The translations under genes and the position numbers were made by a program. From the IMG/VR virus record IMGVR_UViG_3300049601_000003, positions 1 through 25,319 of that record: a stretch of DNA of 25,319 nt; one strand, written 5' to 3'. The DNA comes from a virus (Duplodnaviria > Caudoviricetes). Below are positions 15,337 to 22,419 of the stretch, in pieces (the first letter of the stretch is position 1; the number at the start of each line of letters is the position of its first letter). The notes beneath the pieces are model-generated. The model was not told the origin of the DNA and did not search any database. It saw only the letters and a list, made by a program, of their open reading frames with translations.

Positions 15337-15711
15337 GTGAACAAGATCTGGAAGAGGATAGTGCGTCTTTTTAGACGCAAAGGGTCCTCTGCACTGGACA
15401 CGCAGCCGTCTCGTACGGTGCGAGAACTCACCCTCGTCGTGACAGGTGACTTCAAGCAGTTCCAAACCTGGTGTAAGGAGAACGGCTTCGTAGGACCGAA
15501 GCAGCACCAGGCGATCTACATCCCTCACGGCCGCGCGCAGCAAGTCATCTACGGTCTGGCAACACTGGCATCCAACGGATCGGTCCTGAAGTCCGTCGTG
15601 TACACAGGCGCGTGGGATGTACGACAGGACCTCGACGACATCCGTGATCGCATCGACACACTTACGGTTCTGTACGGACCGGTAAGAACCTACCGATTCG
15701 AGGTCAGATGA
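15337..15711 (+). CDS. hypothetical protein
   Basis: GTG start after GGGAG; ATGA overlap with the next gene. Confidence 0.7.
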   Translation: MNKIWKRIVRLFRRKGSSALDTQPSRTVRELTLVVTGDFKQFQTWCKENGFVGPKQHQAIYIPHGRAQQVIYGLATLASNGSVLKSVVYTGAWDVRQDLDDIRDRIDTLTVLYGPVRTYRFEVR

Positions 15712-16220
15712 CCTACACCATCGTAGTCCTCGGCCTCGACCCCGGAGGCACTACCGGCTGGGCTAAGGTGACCATCACGGCCAAAGACAAGAGCTCCACC
15801 TGGAGCTCAGGTACGCCCTTCTGGGACGCCGGGGAGATCGATCACCCGAACCACTACCTGGCGCTGGACTCCCTCATCAGTACCAAGCTGCGTCCTGCTC
15901 GCCAGGACTCCGAGCTCCACCTCCTCTGCGAAGGCTTTGACAACAGAGCCAACCCCGCAGCTGAGCTGGTCAGCCTCGAGTACATCGGAGTCGTCAAGCG
16001 CTGGGCACAGATGCACCCCCACGTCAAGGCTCAGTACCCTTCCCCCTCTCGCAAGGAGTGGGCCAGCGACAAGAAGCTCAAGGCACTAGGTCTGTACGAG
16101 TCTACTAAGGGAGGGCATCTCAACGACGCACGTAGGCACGTCGTCAGGTATCTCTGCACCGAGAAGCACTTCTACCCCATGCTGGAGCAGCTGCGCGTAG
16201 GCCTCCACGAGGCCATCTGA
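15708..16220 (+). CDS. RuvC-like Holliday junction resolvase (RNase H fold)
   Basis: VLGLDPGGTTGWA, LLCE-x-F, YIGVV and C-terminal HLNDARRH. Confidence 0.8.
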   Translation: MTYTIVVLGLDPGGTTGWAKVTITAKDKSSTWSSGTPFWDAGEIDHPNHYLALDSLISTKLRPARQDSELHLLCEGFDNRANPAAELVSLEYIGVVKRWAQMHPHVKAQYPSPSRKEWASDKKLKALGLYESTKGGHLNDARRHVVRYLCTEKHFYPMLEQLRVGLHEAI

Positions 16221-16522
16221 TGTACTGTGTCTTCTGCTGGATGCGCGGTGACGTCCTCGACGGTCGCAGACTCCGTGTGGACGCGGTACTCGTCATGGGG
16301 GGCGTGTCCGTGTGCGAACTCGCTGTCCACCAAGAGGCTGCCCTACAAGGTAGTGTCCAGGGCGGACTCGAGTTCATTCACCGCTGGGCTGCTGCTACTA
16401 GTCCACCCCCTTCTTCGGGAGAGCAAGACCACACGGGCTGGGGTAACCGAGTCAAGGGTCCTAACGACACGCCTGAAGATGAGATCGCAGAGGACATGAA
16501 GAGTCCTCCTAGCGAACAGTAA
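16220..16522 (+). CDS. hypothetical protein, possible Zn ribbon
   Basis: YCVFCW...SVCELAVH; TGATG coupling; last gene of the + arm. Confidence 0.55.
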   Translation: MYCVFCWMRGDVLDGRRLRVDAVLVMGGVSVCELAVHQEAALQGSVQGGLEFIHRWAAATSPPPSSGEQDHTGWGNRVKGPNDTPEDEIAEDMKSPPSEQ

Positions 16523-16574
16523 GCTGGCCCGCTACTCCGGAAGGGCCTCTGTCGAGGCGGAGTAGCGGGCCAGC
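16523..16574. terminator. 17-bp perfect inverted repeat, probable bidirectional terminator between the convergent arms
   Basis: GCTGGCCCGCTACTCCG-(18 nt)-CGGAGTAGCGGGCCAGC, between the stops at 16522 (+) and 16591 (-). Confidence 0.8.
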
Positions 16575-16590
16575 AGTCTCTGGCAGCGGT

Positions 16591-16803
16591 CTACACGAAC
16601 TTGTCGGGTGTACGCAGCGGCTGAGTGGGAGTAGGACGCTTGGGCTCGTTGGGTACGAGCACTACGCCCAGAGGACCGAGAACAGCGGCGGCGATCTGCC
16701 ACCACTCGGCCGTAGTCACGTTGTCGTCAGCTAGGGCGGTTAGGAGAACCACCAGCCCTGCGATTGCTGCCAGGATGAACTTGCGGTACCTCTTGACGAA
16801 CAT
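16591..16803 (-). CDS. holin (two transmembrane segments)
   Basis: RYRKFILAAIAGLVVLL...VTTAEWWQIAAAVLGPLGVVLVPN; immediately downstream of the endolysin. Confidence 0.8.
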   Translation of the reverse strand: MFVKRYRKFILAAIAGLVVLLTALADDNVTTAEWWQIAAAVLGPLGVVLVPNEPKRPTPTQPLRTPDKFV

Positions 16804-16827
16804 TGCGTTCGCCTCCTTCAGTCGTGC

Positions 16828-17544
16828 TTAGTGCACCCGTAGTAGGACGGGCCACGTCTTCGGGCCGACCTCGCCGTCGGTCTCGATGCCGCCCCAGCGC
16901 TGGACTTCCTTCACAGCTCTTTCGGTGATTGCATCGAACGTACCGTTCATGACCACCTCGGGGTGGCTGCGAGCGTGCAGCAGGCCCTGTAGCGTCTCGA
17001 CGTGCTCGCCGGTGTCGCCCTTCTTCAGAAGCGGAAGCTTCTTCACGATGTCCTCCATCCAGTCACTGTCGCTGTCATCGTACTTGGGCCGTCCGTACCC
17101 TGCGATCTCTGATGCGCCACGAACACGTCGCTTGCATGCGTCGCCGGTGTTGCCCTCGATCGTCTGGACGCGTCCATCACCGAGGACGGCCTCGATGACT
17201 CCAACGTGGTCGATGGCCCCGATGGAGTTGGTAGCACCCCAGTCGAAGAACACGACATCGCCGGGCTTGGCCTTGTTGAGGTTCTGTACGGTACCTGTAT
17301 ACCAGGTGCCCAGCTTCTGGAAGTCCTCGGCGTGCCAGACGGTGTAGGCACGATCACCACCAGGCAGGACTGCTGCAGCGTTACCACTGTGCCTCGCCCA
17401 GTAGGTGACAGCCATGTCACACCACGGCGCCCTGAGGAACACGTCGCCGTGACGCTTGCCGTACTCCCGTGTGATGTAGTTCGGACGTCCCGCGACTCCG
17501 ATAGACTTCCGAGCCTGAGCCAGCATAGCTGCTGCTGTTCCCAT
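16828..17544 (-). CDS. endolysin: CHAP domain plus C-terminal peptidoglycan-binding domain
   Basis: PWCDM, PGDVVFFDW, DHVGVIE and TIEGNT; PG_binding_1-like LKKGDTGEHVETLQ...T-x2-AVKEVQ...DGEVGPKTW. Confidence 0.92.
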   Translation of the reverse strand: MGTAAAMLAQARKSIGVAGRPNYITREYGKRHGDVFLRAPWCDMAVTYWARHSGNAAAVLPGGDRAYTVWHAEDFQKLGTWYTGTVQNLNKAKPGDVVFFDWGATNSIGAIDHVGVIEAVLGDGRVQTIEGNTGDACKRRVRGASEIAGYGRPKYDDSDSDWMEDIVKKLPLLKKGDTGEHVETLQGLLHARSHPEVVMNGTFDAITERAVKEVQRWGGIETDGEVGPKTWPVLLRVH

Positions 17545-17696
17545 CAGGAAGTCTCCCCTCCTGTGTAGTAGCCCAGCTCATCGGGCTCTCCGTAGAGCTC
17601 CTCGAGGACCTCCTCCTCGTCACCCTCTGTCGGCTGGTGAGCTGCTGGGTTCTGGTCGACACGCATGACCAGGTTTTCTTCCTTACGTTCAGTCAT
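17544..17696 (-). CDS. small acidic protein (50 aa) upstream of the endolysin
   Basis: Hand-translated MTERKEENLVMRVDQNPAAHQPTEGDEEEVLEELYGEPDELGYYTGGETS*; ATGA and TGATG coupling on its two sides. Confidence 0.7.
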   Translation of the reverse strand: MTERKEENLVMRVDQNPAAHQPTEGDEEEVLEELYGEPDELGYYTGGETS

Positions 17697-18121
17697 GACT
17701 CTCCATGTCCATTGCTGCCGCCACGCATCTCGTTGATGCGTGCTTGTGCTCGGTCTAACGCTGTTTGGATATCTACCACCTGCCGCCTGAGTATATGAAG
17801 TTCCCGCTCCATCTCAGCGATCCGCATGTCCTTAGCATCGTTGCTAGCCATGAGCTCGCGGATGCGTAGCTTGTCTGCTGCCTGCTCCTGCTTGAGTCCA
17901 CTAAGTTCTTCCTGCGCCCACTGCAGTGAGTTGGTTAGAACAGTGACTGCTTGAGATGCACCGCCTAGCAGTAGTGTACTGACGTCAGCAGGGTTTCGCT
18001 TTTCTTCGAGTTGAATCTGTCGCGAGGTGTTGCGCGCTCCCAGCACCTGTGCGATAGCACCTACGAACCCACCACCCATGATAGCTGTGATCACGGGCAC
18101 TAGCCAAGACTCAGTCGCCAT
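17693..18121 (-). CDS. membrane-anchored coiled-coil protein of the lysis region
   Basis: MATESWLVPVITAIMGGGFVGAIAQVL N-terminal TM followed by a long heptad-rich C-terminus; ATG at 18121 preferred to 18151. Confidence 0.7.
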   Translation of the reverse strand: MATESWLVPVITAIMGGGFVGAIAQVLGARNTSRQIQLEEKRNPADVSTLLLGGASQAVTVLTNSLQWAQEELSGLKQEQAADKLRIRELMASNDAKDMRIAEMERELHILRRQVVDIQTALDRAQARINEMRGGSNGHGES

Positions 18122-18584
18122 TCTGGAGCTTCCTTTCAAGCTCAATGGCATGGCGCATCTTGTGCACTGTACGCTTCAGACTCCTGTAGCGAAAGTAGCA
18201 CGACAGGGACACCATAAGGTACACCAGTATGCTAAAGGTAGCACGGGTGCCCTGAGCAGCAGCAATGCCTAGGCTAAACACTAGCGACCCCGCCCCCAGG
18301 GCGAACAAGCCACCAGCCTCTACATACAGGCCTTCCAGGAACCTACGCCGTGTGGTGAGGTGGCTCATCGTGAGGCCGACTAGTGTCATCAAGCCTCCAA
18401 AGGATAGTAGTCCACCCCAGCATCGTACTGCCCAAGTAGGCAGCTCCGAAACAAGACTACTAGGTTGCGGAATAATACCGAACGCCATAGGCACACCAGT
18501 AATGAGGCACATCGAGGTTAGCAGCACCTCAAACGGCATCTCGTACATTGTACGCTCCAGAGCGCGTACGGCGCGCATCGGCAT
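18111..18584 (-). CDS. four-TM membrane protein of the lysis region
   Basis: Four hydrophobic segments and a basic C-terminus; lies between the tail genes and the endolysin. Confidence 0.7.
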   Translation of the reverse strand: MPMRAVRALERTMYEMPFEVLLTSMCLITGVPMAFGIIPQPSSLVSELPTWAVRCWGGLLSFGGLMTLVGLTMSHLTTRRRFLEGLYVEAGGLFALGAGSLVFSLGIAAAQGTRATFSILVYLMVSLSCYFRYRSLKRTVHKMRHAIELERKLQNGD

Positions 18585-18585
18585 G

Positions 18586-19098
18586 TCAACTACCTTCAGC
18601 TACTCGGTATGCGACCTCTATACGGAGTCTGTCACCCGAAGCTAGGGTGACAGGTACAGTGTTGGTTTGGCCTGATAGTGTGTGCGGCGAACCACTGGTG
18701 GGGAAGAACAATGAGAAGGTGTCGGATGCGCTAATGGCAGCCTGACCGCCATAGCGCGTGCCGCCTGATGTGTTAATGTGTGCAACGCCCACGAACCCGT
18801 AAGCTGCATGAGACGTGAACGGTAGGCTCCAGGTGTAGGTACCAGTACCAAAGGCTGTGTCACCTGCGAAGGTCACATCGATCACGGTGATGCAGGTACT
18901 GGCTATTCTCTGGTAGTGACCAATAGTGGGCCCTGCTGAGCCAAGCGTCGGAGTCGTCCCAGACGACGACCATACAGGGTCGTAGTCGTACCAGGCAGAT
19001 CCGTTCGCCTGCGTTTCGAGATGCCTAGTACGTCGACGCAAATCAATGACGTCACGAACGATATCATTCGGTGGCCAGTTCGGAGGGCGGATGCTCAT
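18586..19098 (-). CDS. minor tail protein, putative receptor-binding head domain
   Basis: Short coil (DLRRRTRHLET), then AW-x2-Y-x-P-x-W...G-x-Y-x-RI...FGTG-x-Y-x-WSLP; Gly/Thr/Ser-rich beta domain. Confidence 0.75.
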   Translation of the reverse strand: MSIRPPNWPPNDIVRDVIDLRRRTRHLETQANGSAWYDYDPVWSSSGTTPTLGSAGPTIGHYQRIASTCITVIDVTFAGDTAFGTGTYTWSLPFTSHAAYGFVGVAHINTSGGTRYGGQAAISASDTFSLFFPTSGSPHTLSGQTNTVPVTLASGDRLRIEVAYRVAEGS

Positions 19099-20192
19099 AC
19101 GTCAGCACCGTCCTCACTGCCCTCGATGACGAGGAGGATCTCTTCGACAGCATCAGAACTCGACGGGGTGATGTTCCATCCCACGACTCTGATTACTGTG
19201 TCGACCCCTTCAGGGAAGCGCGTGTCTACAATCTGTAGCTTGGCATCATCCCCAAGACTGTAGGTACCAAATTCAGGCTGCTCATCGGCCTTGATCTGGA
19301 TCGTCTTGTTATGCTTCGGCAGTGGAGCATTTGCCAGATCCTTTACTGCATGCGCAGTGATAGTTTCGGGCCGCGTCACCCCCTGATGGGAAGTGTGCAC
19401 CTCCATCAGCGGGTAGCCTGAGTACGTAGGCAGAGCAGCGTAACCCACCCTCATGGCACCCTCGTCGCCATCACCTGTAGCCCAGACTGCGTTGGCAGCT
19501 CTCGAGGCGCTCTCCGACCACCAGTAGTTCAGGATGTTACCTGGGTAGTCGACAACCAGATCCGTGAACGCTGCTGGTGTACCTATGCGCGGGTATCCAA
19601 GCACTAGGCGCTTACGTGGGACACCATTCTCCTCGTAGCACTCAATGGTATACTCAGGAGAGTCGTCGAAGTTCAGTAGTGGGTCGTCGATGTGCTCCCC
19701 GTACGACTTGAAGTCCCATGGGTTGACAGTCAGCTCTCTGACAACGTCACCGCTGGGGAGGCTGGCCTCTTCTACGCCGATGCCGCTGTCGATGTTATTC
19801 TGGAGGTCTTTCCAGAGATCGTTGATGATGGCGCACTGCGCCTTGTTGTACTTGATCGTCGTAGTCGGACGGTAGATACGTCTGTATGCGTACGACTCGA
19901 AGGTCTGTCCAGTCATCTGCAATGCTTTGGCTTGCGACTGGTAGGTCCTAGACCAGACGATCCCACCCCAGACGATCTGGTCTTCCCGGTACACGTACAT
20001 CCCTGTACGGCCAGGTTGCGTACACTCGAGCAAGTCCTCGTTGGTGATGATCTCACTGTCGAGGTTGGCTGAGCCCTGCCAGTTGCCCGTCTTGTTGAGT
20101 TGCCTGTCTATCGTTACGCCGTGGAGGGGTACTTCACCCAGCACGCGACCCGTCAGTAGGTCGGTTGCTACGTATGAGTACTTGGCAGCCAC
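19095..20192 (-). CDS. minor tail protein (Gp37-like / baseplate hub type)
   Basis: DLLTGRVLGEVPL, IVWGGIVW-x-R, LGYPRIG, YPGNI-x2-Y, GYPLME and YSLGD motifs typical of actinophage hub proteins. Confidence 0.8.
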   Translation of the reverse strand: MAAKYSYVATDLLTGRVLGEVPLHGVTIDRQLNKTGNWQGSANLDSEIITNEDLLECTQPGRTGMYVYREDQIVWGGIVWSRTYQSQAKALQMTGQTFESYAYRRIYRPTTTIKYNKAQCAIINDLWKDLQNNIDSGIGVEEASLPSGDVVRELTVNPWDFKSYGEHIDDPLLNFDDSPEYTIECYEENGVPRKRLVLGYPRIGTPAAFTDLVVDYPGNILNYWWSESASRAANAVWATGDGDEGAMRVGYAALPTYSGYPLMEVHTSHQGVTRPETITAHAVKDLANAPLPKHNKTIQIKADEQPEFGTYSLGDDAKLQIVDTRFPEGVDTVIRVVGWNITPSSSDAVEEILLVIEGSEDGADV

Positions 20193-20198
20193 GGAGCA

Positions 20199-21260
20199 TC
20201 ACGCCAGTTCTAGGATACCAGTCAGGTGGAATGCCTGACCAGCATCGATGTCTTGACCCCTGTACGAGTCGAGGTCTGCTGCAGAGCCTCCCGTAAGGGG
20301 GAATCGAACACGATCGATCTGTGCTCCCGAGCCGATACTCAGGACAGAACCGACACCTGCGTACCAGGTGTTAGCGCCGTCGTCGAACCTTCCAACGATG
20401 TTCTGTTCGACGCCAGCTCGCGAAGGCGTTGCCGGCAGGCCCACGGCTATGTTCGACGTACCCGTACCGTTGGTTGCCATGATGATGTCGATCCGGATGG
20501 CGATCGTCTTCTCTGCGATGTACTTGTACCGCCCCGCCCGTGTGGTGAACGTGCCTGTACCGAAGCCGGACGTAGTCGGCGTGTAGGCTGTCCAGGCGTT
20601 GTCCGCAATGAACCGCCAAGCCGAACCATCCCAGTAGGACAGCTGCCGACGACCATCAACGTCGGTGACCAGTGTGCCAGTGGCTGGCGTAGTCGGCTTG
20701 AAGCTGGCCGTACCCAGCAGTGTGCCGCCACCAGTGTTCAGCCAGATGCGGGAGTCAGATACCTTGCCGGACAGGTTGGTGATGCTGGGGTCCACGTTGA
20801 TCGTGCTCAGCCAGATGCTCTTGGCAGGCGTACTCGGCAGCGGTGCCGGTGCCGTCGCGTTGTTGGTTCCCTTGACCACGCGGAGCTGCCACGCATCGCT
20901 AGCATCACCATCAGCAGTGTCCAGGATTTCAGCGATGACTACGTCTCGCCTGTACTGCGTGGAGTGTGCAGCGTCGACGCTCAACGTCACGTTGGCATCG
21001 TTGTATGCTGCGTACAGCCCGCCGAAGGCAGCACTATGCGGAATGCCTGCTAGCCCACTAGCTACAGTGACCTGCATCAGAGAGCCACTGCCGGTCACAG
21101 CGAGACGGCCACCCCATGTAGGGTGAACACCACCCTTGGGAACAGTGTCGCCAATGCTGTTCCAGCCGTTGCCAGCAAGAAGCATCGTCTGCCTGCGGTG
21201 CGTCAGTGCTGAGTGATCGGTCCGGGCCTGCATGAATGCAGGCGGGTTAACTGCTGCCAT
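20199..21260 (-). CDS. minor tail protein (baseplate/fibre)
   Basis: MQVTVASG, AAHSTQYRRDVV, VVKGT..APAP..P, YWDGSAW and a C-terminal beta domain. Confidence 0.78.
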   Translation of the reverse strand: MAAVNPPAFMQARTDHSALTHRRQTMLLAGNGWNSIGDTVPKGGVHPTWGGRLAVTGSGSLMQVTVASGLAGIPHSAAFGGLYAAYNDANVTLSVDAAHSTQYRRDVVIAEILDTADGDASDAWQLRVVKGTNNATAPAPLPSTPAKSIWLSTINVDPSITNLSGKVSDSRIWLNTGGGTLLGTASFKPTTPATGTLVTDVDGRRQLSYWDGSAWRFIADNAWTAYTPTTSGFGTGTFTTRAGRYKYIAEKTIAIRIDIIMATNGTGTSNIAVGLPATPSRAGVEQNIVGRFDDGANTWYAGVGSVLSIGSGAQIDRVRFPLTGGSAADLDSYRGQDIDAGQAFHLTGILELA

Positions 21261-21269
21261 TGATGCTCC

Positions 21270-22397
21270 CTAGTAATACGTCGAACGCATAGACACCTGG
21301 AACGTGGCATTGCCTGCGATGACCTTGTCAGTGGTCAGAGGCACCGTCGCAGCACTCGGCGTGAAGAAGATCTGCGTGTTCCCTGTGCCTAGAATAGTCT
21401 TCGAAGTAACCGTGAAGAGCGTCGTCTCTTTCATCACGTTACTGGTATCGTACAGGTGGACCCGATCACCAACGACTACATCACCGGCGTCGGCATCAGT
21501 GACCTCGATGTAGTCCGCAGTAGCACTATCAGCAACGGCGATGGCGCTACCCGTACCGCTGCCTTGCGTGCCTGTCAACTTGATGCTGGATGTGCCTGGC
21601 GGTATCGACCACCATGAGCGAGGGCCAGTCAGCAACGAGCTGCGCTTACTGAATACGCCATTTAGCGTAACACGGTGTCTACGGAAGTCGACTTCGAGCC
21701 AGTCAACGTTTGACAGTGACACATCGAATGCTACGCGCTTACCGGTACTGCTCTCAATCAGCGCAGGCTGAGAGATCGGCCCGTTGATGATCACTGTAGG
21801 GTAGGCAACGTGGTTGCCTGCGTTGAAAACAGCTACGCTGCCGTCGTAGTTATTGTTGCCGCCGAACCCGTAATCGAAGCCGTGGTTGAAGCCGTGGCCA
21901 GTATCCTGCCCGCCCAGGTCACCTATGCCAACGATCTCATCGGCATCGTAGATGTACGGCGTAGGACAAACGATCGTTAGTTGTACGGCAGTGCTACCCC
22001 AACGACGAAGTTGCTCCACGTCATACCGCGCCCCTTGAGCTTTGCCAAACACCACACGGGGCGGTTTGTTGGGGTGCTTGAAGTAGAAGGGCCTGGTCTC
22101 TGACGTGGGGCGGTAGTTGTATCGAAGCGCGTCACAGAGGGTGTCAGCATCTGCAGGGTCAGCGTAGATCGTTCCCTCGAGGACGACAGTCCGCATACTC
22201 ATGAACTCGGAGTCGATGTAACCACCATCGACGCCTTCGTGGTCACGCTGCGCAGTACGGAACTCAGGGCTGTCGAGGCCACTAATCTTGTTCACGTCTA
22301 TCCAGGGCAGCACTGCTGTGACGCCTGCGCTCTCGGCGTTCAGCAACACTCCATCGTCGTCGAGCATGTATTCGTAGTCATTCAGAGTGGGTGCCAT
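21270..22397 (-). CDS. distal tail protein (Dit)
   Basis: Directly downstream of the tape measure; ISGLDSPEFR, RTVVLEG, PTPYIY, NAGN..AYP-x-V-x-I-x-GP, WWSIPPG and terminal RSTYY. Confidence 0.82.
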   Translation of the reverse strand: MAPTLNDYEYMLDDDGVLLNAESAGVTAVLPWIDVNKISGLDSPEFRTAQRDHEGVDGGYIDSEFMSMRTVVLEGTIYADPADADTLCDALRYNYRPTSETRPFYFKHPNKPPRVVFGKAQGARYDVEQLRRWGSTAVQLTIVCPTPYIYDADEIVGIGDLGGQDTGHGFNHGFDYGFGGNNNYDGSVAVFNAGNHVAYPTVIINGPISQPALIESSTGKRVAFDVSLSNVDWLEVDFRRHRVTLNGVFSKRSSLLTGPRSWWSIPPGTSSIKLTGTQGSGTGSAIAVADSATADYIEVTDADAGDVVVGDRVHLYDTSNVMKETTLFTVTSKTILGTGNTQIFFTPSAATVPLTTDKVIAGNATFQVSMRSTYY

Positions 22398-22419
22398 TGG
22401 CTACTCACCACCTTCAGCG

